NCBI GenBank assembly: GCA_043228905.1
Contig: JBHGNT010000006.1
Coordinates: forward strand, 11,966,001-12,030,000
Direction: 5' to 3'
From: Azolla caroliniana
Taxonomy: Eukaryota; Plantae; Polypodiophyta
DNA length: 64,000 nucleotides
Below the pieces are notes generated by a model that searched no databases, had not been told where the DNA came from, and saw only the letters and a list, made by a program, of their open reading frames with translations. The position numbers and the translations under genes are program-made. Shown here one piece after another: positions 48,866 to 61,000 of this stretch. How positions within the stretch are numbered: position 1 is the stretch's first letter; every line of letters begins with the position of its first letter.

Positions 48866-50022
48866 CCCATAGCTAGAATAGGATACTATAAGCATCTGAT
48901 TATACTTTTGTTGTAACTCCGGTCATGAGCCTTGTATCGTTGTCCCTCCACTCGTAATATAAATATATATGGTTTTGGGTCTATTCTATTCTGTGTTACT
49001 ATCATGCTGAGAAGTTGATTCTTGAATTAAGATCGTGTGCTACGACTAAGTGACGCCGATCATTTCGTTACACGGCACTGACTGTAGAGCAAATCTCATG
49101 CACATTCTATTTTTTCCCAGCACATAGCACAACCCCTTGATCCGATTTCCATAAGGAAAATCGAAGGTGTTGCTTTTGAAGAAGGGAACAACACAATTTG
49201 GCACGCCTGGTTCACGCTCTGCATCACAACGAACAAACGTCAATGGACACCCTAGTCACTAGTACGACGCCCAATCGTCTTACCCGCGCTCGGCTCACAT
49301 CCCGCCGCGCCGAGCTAGCCGAGGATACCGCTGACTCCGCGATCACTCAGCACTCATCACCAGAAACCCCGAAATCGCACCCCTCACCAATCATCCCCGA
49401 TACACAATTACATACCGGCCCCGAACTCGTCACTCCTTCAAGTCGGCCGACAGTCTCTCAACAATCTGAGTTCAACCCCTTCTCGACCCTACCAAACGAC
49501 CCAGATCTTGACACAATGTCGTACCACTCCTATACTCGCTACATGGATGATCCCGACGCGAAATCTCACATCCGCTCTTTTCTCTCCACGTGGCAAGCCA
49601 ACCATTCTATGCAACGTCTCACTACTGAGCGGAATTTACCCTTTCGCTCGATGGCCCCGCTGCATGATGGTATTCTCGCCACGATTCGGGGGAGTTTACC
49701 ACATTCCAATTTTTCTGCACACAGTTTTTGGAGTTTTTCCATCGAGAGATCCCTAAGAGCAAACTGCTCCGCCAATTCTATACCATTGCCTAGGGACCCA
49801 ATGAAACGGTTTCCCAGTTTACCATCCGATTCCAAGACCTCTACCGACAACTCACACAGGATGTGTCTGTCAATCATTTAAAAGATACGTTCCTTGCCGA
49901 ACTCCCGGAGCCACTGAGCACGACGTTGGCCCTTACGGATTTTTCACAATACACAATCAAGCAAGTCATTGCTCGTGTTCTCGCTTTAGCTAAGGCTCAT
50001 CATAACAATTCTTTCTCCATGG
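48866..50022 (+). mobile_element. Tat-like Ty3/gypsy fragment (LTR 3' part, PBS, gag remnant)
   Basis: LTR-like end ...AACAACACA near 49195, then TGGCACGCC PBS-like at 49199; gag-like ORF with DAKSHIRSFLSTWQANH and LKDTFLAELPEPL. Confidence 0.55.
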
Positions 50023-50205
50023 TGTCGTGCCTTTCGACGCTAGATCATTATGTGAGTCAGATGGAAACCGTTGAGGCTTTGGACTAGGAGGAGGAGAAAT
50101 TTAAGGCTAATAAGAATATTAAAGAGAAAGGTAGGAGTCTCGTGAATTTCACAAGTATAGTGAATTAGTATAATTAGTATTGAGAATATCAAGAAATCAG
50201 CCCAA
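50023..50205. mobile_element. Terminal fragment of a TGTCGTG-type LTR
   Basis: Starts TGTCGTGCC exactly where the gag-like frame changes character; A-rich continuation like 2443 and 43666; other end lost. Confidence 0.45.
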
Positions 50206-50209
50206 TCTG

Positions 50210-51692
50210 CTATCGGCATGCGTCCAACTTGTCAGTTGTCAACACCTTGGTCAGCATATCTGACCCGTTCTCCTCCATGTGGATCTTCATCAGCACGAAC
50301 TCTTGATCTTCTACTCTCTCCCAGATCCAACGGTACCTCCGCTGGATATGTTTCGTTCGGGAATGGTAGGCCGCGTTATTTGCAAGGTGGATGGCACTTT
50401 GAGTGTCGTAGTAGAGCCGATATTCCTCCTGTTGGATTCCTAGCTCTCCGATGAAGTCCATCCAGATTATCTCCTTGTCGGCTTCTACAACTACCATGTA
50501 CTCCGCCTCCGTAGTTGACAACGCAACTGTCTTCTATAGTCTCGACTGCCACGAAACAACTACCCCTGCATAAGTCATGACATATCTAGATGTATACCGA
50601 CTGGTATCCACATCAGCTGACATATCTGAATCCGTGAATCCGTCAAGTTGGGGATTACTAGAGCCGAACCGGAGGCACATACTCGAGGTGCCTTTCAAAT
50701 ACCAGAGTATCCACTTGACCGCGTTCCAGTGCTCTCTTCTGGGATTGCTCATGAACCGGCTGACTACTCCTACAACGTAACCGATGTCCAGCCGGGTACC
50801 CACCATCGCATACGTCAAGCTCCCGACGGCAGAGGCATATGGTATCTTCATCATATTCGTCTTCTCTGCCTTTGTGTTCCGGCTTTTCTTTCCGGACAAC
50901 TTGCAATTTGCCGTAAGTGTCGATCCGACCGGTTTCGCCTCCGACATGTTGAACCTTTGAAGCACCTTTGTCACGTACTTCTCCTATGATAACCACAACA
51001 ACTTCTTAAACCGGTCCCGGATGATGTGCATTCCTAATATCTATCTTGCCGGACCCAAGTCTTTCATTGAGAAGGTCCGGTTCAGAACCTTCTTCAGCAT
51101 CTGAATCTTGCCTTGGTCTCGTCTGACGATCAACATATCATCCACATATAGGAGGAGTATCAGGAAATATCCTCCATCAAATTTCTTCACAAACACGCAA
51201 TGATCGGCCTGCCTCTTGTGGTACCCTTGGTCGGTCATGAAGGAGTCGAACTTCCAGTACCATTGTCGGGGGGCTTGCTTTAATCCGTATAAGCTCTTCT
51301 TTAGCCGGCACACCAGGTACTCCTTCCCTTTCTTCTCAAATCTTTCCAGTTGATGCATGTAGATCTCTTCTTCGAGGTCGCCATGTAGGAACACCGTCTT
51401 GACGTCCATTTGCTCTACCTCGAGGTCCATGCTTGCCGCTATTCCCAATACCGCCCGGATGGATGTCATCTTTACTACCGGGACAAAGATCTCATCGATG
51501 TCCACTCCTTTCTTCAGCTGGAAGCCCTTCACCATGATCCGGGCCTTATACCTTGGTGGATTTCCGACATCTCCCGGTTTCAGCTTATACACCCACTTGT
51601 TCTAGAGTGCTCTCTTCCCTTTCGGCAACTCAGTCAATTCATATGTGTGGTTCTCATGCAGGGAATCCATCTCGTCCTGCATGGCACTCAAC
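50210..51692 (-). mobile_element. Ty1/copia 'G' RT-RNase H fragment
   Basis: YKARIMVKGFQ, EQMDVKTVFLHG, LYVDDML, STTEAEY, RTKHIQRRY; closely similar to 907-2442. Confidence 0.93.
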
Positions 51693-53516
51693 AATCTCAA
51701 TGTTTGCTTAAACCAGATCAATTCCAGCTCTTCGCCACATGCATGCTCCATGATGACTCTTGGCTTGAGGAGATAGCCAAAGCACTTCCCACCAACAAAT
51801 TCACCAACACAATTTAGGAAGGTCTTATTGATCCGTCTAAATCCAAGACCAAGGAAGACCTTGACCGCGTCAGATTCGAGGGGGGATTGCTTTACCGAGA
51901 CCAACTCTTATATGTTTCGGATGGCCAATGTCGAACTCAAGTTCTCCAAAAGTGTCATGATGATGTCTTGGCTAGTCATTTTGGTGTTACAAAGACACTT
52001 GAATTAATCTCACGAGGATATTGGTGGCCTCAACCATGGAAGTTCATGAAGGAATTCATCAAGACATGTGATACTTGTGCTAGATCCAAGGTCGTCCACT
52101 ATAGGCCATATGGGTTGCTCCAAGCACTTCCCATTCCCAACCGGCCTTGGGCATCAATTTCCATGGATTTCATCACTGACTTGCCTTTTGTCCACAGATA
52201 TGACACAGTGCTCGTCATGGTAGATTGGTTTACAAAGATGGCTCATTTTGCCCCTTGTGCAAAGACTATTTCAACAGAAGCAACAACCGATCTATTCTTA
52301 AAGAATGTGGTGTGGCTTCATGGGGTCCCAGATGATGTCACCTCAAATCGCAGACCCCAATTTGTCTCTCATTTTTGGCGGTTGCTCCTTCAAACATTGG
52401 GCACAACAGTGAATTTTTCTTCATCCTATCATCCTCAAACCGATGGCCAAACGGAGTGGGTTGAACCAAATTCTTGAGCAATACCTTCAATGCTCTCTTA
52501 GCTACCAAAAGATGATTGGGTTGACATCCTACCCTTGGCAGAGTTCACATATAATAATATGCGACATGGTTCAATTGGGGTCACCCCATTTTTCGCCAAC
52601 TATGGTTTCCATCCTCACCTCAACATTTCCATTCCTAACAACTTTGTGAACCCATCAACGGAAGGGTGTGCTCGTATTTTAGCCGACATTCATCAAGACC
52701 TCTCCCTCGAACTCATCCTTGCAAGGGACCGGTATAAAGCGCAAGCTGATCGACATTGTTTCGCTACACCCGCCTTTGCAGTGGGTGATCAAGTTTGGCT
52801 CTTACGTCGCCATGTCAATACTACTCGACCTTGTGGAAAGTTGGATTACAAGAAGTTGGGGCCTTTCTGCATAATTGAGTGTGTCAATCCCGTCACTTTC
52901 CGGCTGGAACTTCCTCCACATTTCCAGATTCATAATGTCTTCCATGCCTCTCTTCTCGAACCTTATCATCCATCCACTATTCATAGAAAACACTCTCCAC
53001 CTCCACCTCCAATTAAGCTTTCCACAAAAACCAACACTTGGAGAATGCACCGGATGTTCACGCATTTCATCACCAATATCCACAAAAACCGGGGAGGCAT
53101 CTTCGAAGGCAGCCTTAGTAGGGGGATAATGTCATGAAAATGACAACATCCATGTCATGATTCGAACTCTTGACCCATTGTATTTAATCGATATGTTTTA
53201 ACCAATACATAATCATGTTACCTTACTAGATTATTGTAGTTATCTATTCTGCATGTAGTATTTTAGAAGCTTCCAAAAATCTCCAGAAGCTTGTGCATGA
53301 AAATGAGTCTTTGCATGGGACTACATTTAGAGCCCATAAACATGTATAAATACAGGGGTTCACCTTGGCCTTAATCAAGGTGAACAACACCAATTACGGA
53401 ATCATAATTCAATTCTTGTTCTCTTGACTACTTTCTCTCTCTCTTTCTTATTATCTTGTCTATGATCTCTCTCTCGCACTCTCTTAGTATTGAGCCTCGT
53501 CTACTTGTCCATGACA
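51690..53516 (+). mobile_element. Tcn1-like Ty3/gypsy 'F': integrase, PPT and 3' LTR (53130-53516)
   Basis: HHCC (CHDD...HFG...CDTC), WASISMDFITDLP, YHPQTDGQTE, GPF...IHNVFHASLLEPY; PPT AGGGGGATAA; LTR TGTCATG...CATGACA with TATAAAT at 53345. Confidence 0.92.
53150..53215 (-). promoter_or_regulatory. Degenerate tRNA-derived cassette at the outer end of LTR F (antisense)
   Basis: Minus strand TATGTATTGGTTAAAAC...GGGTCAAGAGTTCGAATC; D-loop GG to GTTCGA spacing is tRNA-like; the A box is weak. Confidence 0.5.
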
Positions 53517-53871
53517 CCGAGTATAATCAGTAAACACTCACTCACACTCTATTAGCCGATCCCTACTCGTAGTCACTTAGATCCTTCTGCACTCCCTCTA
53601 TGTTTGTTATTCCCTGATATATATAGCTCCCTTCTGCTCAACGCTTTCCACCCGCACCTTCCTTGATATTTGGATTCCCTTCTTCGGTTGTTAGTGCTTA
53701 GCTCCCTTTGGTTCGTTTCACACTTGTCACTCTTGTCCCACAGGGTAACACTCTATTTTAGGATACTGCAGGAAAAGTGTTAGGCCTTAGAACTCACCTT
53801 GTCTAGGGTAAATTGGATAATGGGCCAGCCCCATCGGTAAGAACTTGGACTCAATTTCAGTAGATGTCACA
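53517..53871. mobile_element. Probable LTR fragment of another family (host of F)
   Basis: Non-coding, ends ...GATGTCACA at 53871 where LINE-like coding sequence resumes. Confidence 0.35.
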
Positions 53872-54990
53872 CGTAGATCATCTTGCACATACAAGTTGTT
53901 CATGGTGCCAATTAAATGACACATTGTTGGTTATCAAGGGTGTCTCACCTAATGGGTGTGTTTCTTATTTTGAGGTTCTAGACAAAACAACATATTGCAA
54001 CCTTATGCCTTTGATTGCAGTTATCTACAAAACTTGCAAGTTGCACCAGTCAAAGTGGTTGCTAAAACTGGAAAGAAATGGTGGGTGGATCCTTATCCTT
54101 CCATCACTCATATGTGTGATAAATTGTGGTTGTACACAAAAGAACCTATTGCAAGATTAATATGGGATATAGGGGGTTTGTTTTGGTCACATTCCTTGGG
54201 GGAACAAGCCATAAAGGTTCCCTTCTTTTAGTAGTTAGTGAAACTTGGAAAGTCATTACGTATGTCTAAGAATGTAATGGTATCAACAACTCAAAAACAT
54301 TGGACTAACTAGGGTGTCTCAACTTTGCATTTGAAAACCTACTAGAGATGGATCTAGTCATTCAAGGGGCCAACTAGATTTATTCTCTTTAGGTGGTTAT
54401 TAGTGCATATGGCATTACCAATTCATCATTCATTGAAAGGAATGTTTCACCCAATCTCAGGCAATGTGGCTTTTGCCATGCAGCTTAGGAGACCGGGAGG
54501 AGACCACCAAGCATGTCCTCTTGTCTTGTCACTTGGCTCAACAAGTATGTAATAAAGTCCCTTCTTTATTCCTAACGATCAATGTCGGTTGCTTGTTTTC
54601 ATTGGGATCAACGATGTGGGGAGTTTTACATTCCAGCTTGATGTTGTATGAGGCAGACGATGTTCACAAGGCCATGATGGTACATAATAGAAGATTGATA
54701 TTAGTTAGTCCCTTTTAGCAACCTCTAACGCAGGTGCGATCTGTCCAGGTCTGGAAAACAATGTCAACATATCTTCGTCTCTCAGATGTACTGTGCGAGA
54801 TATGGGAGAACTTGATGGCAGCAGTCAGTGGTCAATATGACAATATGCATGGTTCTCCAAAGAATGTTAATAAGAGGAGGAAGAAGCTTCTTCACTTATG
54901 GAGAAAGTTGCCCCTCTTTGCAGTGTCAGATCAAGGGCCTCAATGGCACTGTTGACTTTCATGGATCCTTTCTTGAATATCAATACACTA
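53872..54990 (+). mobile_element. L1-type LINE ORF2 3' part (zf-RVT region), probable continuation of 45072-48862
   Basis: RWLLVHMALP, CSLGDREETTKHVLLSCHLAQQV, IWENLMAAVSGQYD...LWRKLPLF, collinear with the C-terminus of the minus-strand LINE (58011-58964). Confidence 0.75.
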
Positions 54991-55017
54991 TGGCAGTGTA
55001 CATCAACAAATTCCAAT

Positions 55018-55262
55018 TGTTGGCATAAAAGGTTGACTCCTTCTACCTTGTATCCTAAGTGTGAACACGTCCTTGAGCTAGGGCTTGAGTATATAAGCTC
55101 ACCCTAACATTGTAACACAATTCTTCTTGAGTTCGAAGATAAATGTAACATAGTCTTACTTTGAGCATACTCTCTCTCTGTGTAATCCTGCATATCCTCT
55201 TTCATGTTGTTCCTGAATCATCTTCTACACCAACATTTCCACATCTTTCTCCATCACCAACA
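55018..55262 (+). mobile_element. Short LTR-like element 'M', same family as L
   Basis: TGTTGGCATAAAAGG...GTGTGAACACGTCC...GGGCTTGAGTATATAAGC matches the reverse complement of 22350-22441; right end uncertain (CAACA at 55235 or 55262). Confidence 0.6.
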
Positions 55263-55826
55263 CCCTTTACAAGTTCCTATATTTGGTCTTAGGATTACTA
55301 TACATCATTGTACATAAAAAGTTGTAAGCTTCTAGTTAGATAAATTCAAGTTGTGGCCTTCGAGCGTTTTTTCTTAATATTATTGAAGAAAATCTTTCAA
55401 AAACAAAAAAGAGTTCCCAGAAATTCCCTCCTATTATTCGAAAATATTCCAAATAGTGTACTAGATATTGCAAATGGATACAAGTTAAATAGGATAATAG
55501 GTATAAAGAGATATCTACAAGAGAAGTGATAGGGATGAACACGAAAAAGTTTGATAAAGGGGATAAAAACATAAGAAGCAAAACAAATTATGGGTAAATT
55601 AAATTTCCGTTTTACTTTTATATTTGTCAAAATATGGGTAAACTTTTAAGAAACTATCAAACACACCAATTTCCAGAAATAGTCAAAATGCCCCACTTTT
55701 TATGATTTTGAAAACATGACGAGGATCTCGTGTGTGCTAATGAATAATAACAATTAGATCAACTTTTGTCAGAGTGCAAGATAAAGCAATTGGAGACACG
55801 CACATGTTATAGATACATAAATTTCA

Positions 55827-57313
55827 GGGTAAGTTATCAAAATACCCCACTTGATTTTTCTAAAAATTGTTAAGATACCCCAAAGGCACCAAAACACTTC
55901 AACTTAAAGGTCATGTTCACATATATACATACACACACATACAAGATTGTGAACTTGAAAGACAAAGAAATACATTGGGGAATACATTCATAGTAAGGAG
56001 AAATTGTCCATTACATGTATTAGAATTTTCACTCATACTCAATCAACAATCAACTTCTTAAACTCTTCTTATTATGATTGACAAATTTGCCTAGATCTTG
56101 AACACTTGAAAACACCTATTTATTTAGTCTCCTAGGTGGCTTGAGTGTTGAATGAGGTTTCATGTTTATTTCTTCTTCGTCTAAAACATCGTTGAATGAG
56201 ATACTGACACCTTCATATGCATTACACCATGATTTCAATGAATATTCAAGATAATTGTACTTATAATGTCTTCTCTCGCACCACAAATTTGCTTCTATTG
56301 AAGAGCACATGGATTTCCTCTATGTTTTCAAATAGAACAAGTGCAAGATTTGTTTTCCGAATAAGTATCATGTCTATGTTTACTTCAAAGAGAGTATCAT
56401 TTCAGCATGAATTTCTATATTTACTAACATGATTCACAAATTTAGCTATGCACTCCTCTTCTTTAGGAACCAATCTATTACATGCATTTTGCCCCATAAA
56501 TTACCATGCAACCCAACCTTAGTTGACTCCTACATGGAATTTATCCATCAAAGCATTCAATAGGACAATGTTAAGAACTTTGTTATGTTAGAAGTATAGT
56601 GCCCAAAGGATTCACAATGAAAGTATGTTGTAGCCCAACTATTTGGCTTTGCGGTTTCTAAGCCCATCACTTGTTGCACTATTTATTGTTCTCATGTGTG
56701 CAATATCTTCTTCATATTCAATAATTGTATTTACTCTAGCTCCCATCCAAAAGAAATGAGTGAACTTTTGTTTCATTTTTTTTCCTCGTAGTTTTCTCTG
56801 TCTTGTGCATTAGGCATTTAGAAACCCATTAGAAACTTCATACAATGCCTCTTACAAATTTTATCTCGATCTAATACAAACATAAAGCACATTTCACCTT
56901 TAAGGAACTAAGTAGCTGTGAAATGTGCTTCTCTATGGAAACTGCATTCTTGCATTGCAACTTGAATCTACACTAGTTGAACTTCACAAAAATAAATTTA
57001 ATGTGTGATGAAAGAGCGTGTATCTTAGAAACATTCTTTAGATCAAGTAATGAATCAAATTGGTTTCCTTTGCCATTTTCATCTCCAATTTTGAAGTGAA
57101 ATATTCCTTTTCTGTAGCAATAATCATTTCTATGAAATCAAATCCGAAGAAAATCATATTCCCTTGGATTAAGCCTTGAAGTCTCAAAAAAACTCAATTT
57201 GTGCCCCCTTTGTCTTTTATATTTGGGGAAAAGGATCGTTCAAACCATTTCTCAAAAGTTGAGGGTATTTTTACAAATAGAAAAACAAAGTCAGGTATCT
57301 TGACAATTTACCC
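55827..57313 (-). mobile_element. Mutator-like (MULE) DNA transposon remnant with terminal inverted repeats
   Basis: GGGTAAGTTATCAAAATACCCCACTTGATTTTTCTA at 55827 vs reverse complement GGGTAAATTGTCAAGATACCTGACTTTGTTTTTCTA ending at 57313; frameshifted SWIM-like CTC...G.PC near 56300-56345 and KPPRR...KCSR on the minus strand; extra GGGTAAA termini at 55592 and 55636. Confidence 0.7.
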
Positions 57314-58010
57314 AAAACATTAATCAACCTCTTAAGGGGTCCAAACCTTTGAAATTGAAAGTTATCCCACAAAATGTTATCCAAACAAAGACTTCTAAAT
57401 GGTTTAGGTTTTGCTACCAATGTATTTCTTAAAGTTATATTACAAGTTTCTCTTTAAGTGACATCACAATCTAATTTCTATGAGTGCTTGATCCCATAAT
57501 TTGAGGGGATAGATATTGTTGCACAATCATCTCTAAATTAGGGTTTATCTATGAGTTTCTAGTTTTCAGTCAAGTCGAATGCTCTTTACAAATACCCAAA
57601 CCTCTTGAAAGTCCTCTAAAGGCTAGCCTTTCAATCAAAAAACATTTTGCTACAAAGGTATGTATTTCCAAGAATCAAATATTTGAGAATTGAGAGCCCA
57701 TACAAATTGAGAATCTTTGAGCAATATGCACATTATATTTCCAATTTAGACTCTCTCTTTTTTCCAAAAAAAAAACTACTTCCATTAGTTAATCAATGTA
57801 CAAAGGATAATTTACAACTCATATCTTATAAGACATCTTGCATGTCGAAGGAAAACAATATGTGTAGATGAAACAACAAAAAAAACAACTCCAAAGCACC
57901 ACATCATTCGATGTGTATAGCATAACTCGAACGCATATTCTCCACGTGAGCCTCATACAAGCAGAATTCAGAATAGATGTCCTCCATTCACTCCTCAAGG
58001 CATCACCCAT

Positions 58011-61000
58011 CTAGATGTTAGGTACACTTGGAGGGAACAACCACCGTGGTGGTTGATAATTCCACTTCACTTTACCATCCATTATCTGTAGCATCGACGA
58101 ATCGCTCCATTTCAGCAAGAAACGAGCTCTCGCTTCTTCACTTGCGTCAGATGGCCCTTGAAGACTTTCAAACTCACCTCGCAACGTAGAAATAAGATTG
58201 AACCAGATCATCATTAGATTCTCAACCGGTGGGGTTCGTTTACCTGCGAAGGTCTCCTTGCACCTAGATACCCATACTTGCCAGACCGTAAGGCCGACCA
58301 CTAATACCCATATGTCCACGCAGCGTTCCTGTAAGAAGAATAAACCTCCTTGCGTTGGTTGCACAGATCCTTGCATCACCTTTAAAGAAGGACTATTTCC
58401 ATTCCACCCTTGAAACCACGAGGCCGATTCAATGGCCAACCAAGTGATTGTTGCGCTCGATACATGAACCTCAACCCCGAACCGAGCCAAGATTCTTAAG
58501 CTCCTCAACCAAATTTCTTGCGCTCGAGGGCAGCACCACAAACAATGAGCGATGTCCTCCAAGCTCGCACTACAGGCCTTGCAACCACTCATGCCGCCTC
58601 TATTCCCAAGCCACTCTCCCGTTGGAACAACCCGATGGGTGATTAACCAGAAAAACACTTTGATCCACTCGGGAAGGGATGAGTTCCATATCCTACTCCT
58701 AGTTCTATCCACGAAGGCTGAATCGATAGCTGCATGGGACCACTTGTTGGCACACTTCTCACGATACGAACCTAACTTTCTCCCCAACCGCGTCGAGTAT
58801 TCGAAGAAACCTAATGATTTATCTTGTTCTCCCTTCCAAGTATATTCAACGAGATCCCATTCTACGCGCTCAAGAGGCTTGCCTTCAACCACGTACAAGA
58901 TCCAATCCTCCTCAACCTCTTCGACTGGTGGATTCACCTTCCATTTCTTTCCGGTTCTTGCCACAATTCTAATTGGGTACCAACCTGCACTTTCATCTAA
59001 TAATCCAATTTGGACGGTCTTCCCATTCTTTCATAGACCCCTAACATTGATAATTTTTCTGGTATCATCACATTGTCCGGACCATTCACCCTCTTCCTCA
59101 TTACCAATAGGAAGCGAGGAGACAGTTGTATTGACTACGTCAAGCATCTTTCTGCCATTTCTGACCTTTCCCAAGTCTTCATATAGTTGATCACGATTAT
59201 TGCCAGACAGCCGCATCCAATCAGCCACCGAGTGTATCCCTAGACAATACAATGTAGCCCACGACATGTGCTTGCTTTGTCCAAGCATCGTTCCTTCTGG
59301 CGATTGTACGATCTCGTTCCACAGGAGGGGTTGGCGCATCCATTCAGCACTAGTACTTGGACGATTCCGACTTAGATGCCCACGGAGCATACTCCACACC
59401 TACATCACTGACATACAAGTACAATCAGCCAACCGGTTAGATTTCCTCAACTTTAAGGCCATACAAAAAGGCCACGCTTTGTGTGACTTCCAATGCCCAC
59501 CCATTCTTGGACTCCAGACAATGCTCCTATTATGTATCAATGTTTTCCATAACTCGTTACCAGGTAGCAAGCTCCTTACCAATACCTTACATAACAATGC
59601 CTGAATTTGCAATCCAGGGTCAATAAATCCTAAACCCCCCTTACTCTTGGGAAGAACCAACGTACACCATGATACTTTAGCTGCCGCGTTGTCTTTCCTC
59701 ATCCCAGCCCAAAGGAATCCCCTAATACACACTTTAACATTACGAATAGCTTGCTTGTCAAACATCCACACTGAAATTGCATGCCATAACGTAGACAAGA
59801 GCACATGGTTAGCTACTATGATCCTGCCAGCTAATGATAAGTTCATCCCTGACCAGTTGCGAATTTTGTCACAAATTTTGCTTTGAATTTGTTGCAACTG
59901 AATTCCTTTGTCGATATCTACCCCAATCCACGTTCCCAGATACCGAGTGGCTTCCCCGTTTGCAATCCATTTGAATTCAACATTTGGCTTCCAAATAGGC
60001 TCGGACTCCAAGCTAATCCAAAAACCCTTGGACTTCTTCCAATTGATGGATGCTCCTGATGCCTTGCAAAAGAGCTCAATAGCACTCTATGCCCTCTCAA
60101 GATTCACTTCATTTCCTTGGAGGTATAGCATTGTATCGTCCGCGAACTCCGAGTCTAGCAGGGACTTCCTTGAATTAGGGATCGACAGACCATGAAGATT
60201 TGCCCCTTGATTGTTAAAAAGGGCAGGCATTGCTTCAGTAATAAAAAGGAAAAGAACGGGGGCAAGAGGACAACCCTGCCTGATGGATCGAGTTAGAAAG
60301 ATTCGAGCTCCTTTCCTCCCTGCAATCAACACCTTACTCGAGCCATTCCAATATAAGGCTTGGGCAACACACCTCCACTCCAAAGGTAGCTCAATGACCT
60401 TCATCACTTCTTCCAAGAAAGACCATTGCACTCGATCATAGGCTTTCTCGAAGTCGAGCATCAGACAGGCTAAGTTTTGATTGGTCTCCTTCGTCGTTGC
60501 AACAGCCTCCCAAAACAAAATCACATTGTCCATAATAGAATGATGCTCCATGAAACCGGTTTGATTGGATTGGATGATATCTCCTAGGAAGGGCTTGATT
60601 CTCTGCACTAATATGTTAGCAAATTTTTTATAAATTAGATTTAAAATTGTAATGGGCCTCCATTGTCTAATCTCGTGCAACGCAGTCTCCGATTTCGGAA
60701 TCAAGTAGATCAAGCCTTCATTGAAGCTACTCGACATCCGTCCCGTTCTCCACATCTCTTGTAGTCCAGCTTTCAAGCTTGGAAAAATTTGCTCCCAAAA
60801 CTCCTTGAAGAAGGCTTTGGGAAGGCCGTCAGCACCAAGACAAGCCATACTATGTATCTTGTCTAGCCCCGCTACAATCTCTTCCTCCTCTATGGCTTTT
60901 GACAACTACGCTTTAGCTGCCTCTCCGATCCTGGTCTTCAAGCATGTAATTACATCATGCATCAGGTTACTCGGAGGGTCGTTTGTCAACGTAGGAGCTA

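Noticed and set aside
57700-58010. Poly(A) tail and TSD of the minus-strand LINE
   Set aside because: No clear poly(T) run on the plus strand, and the 5' end is outside the window.
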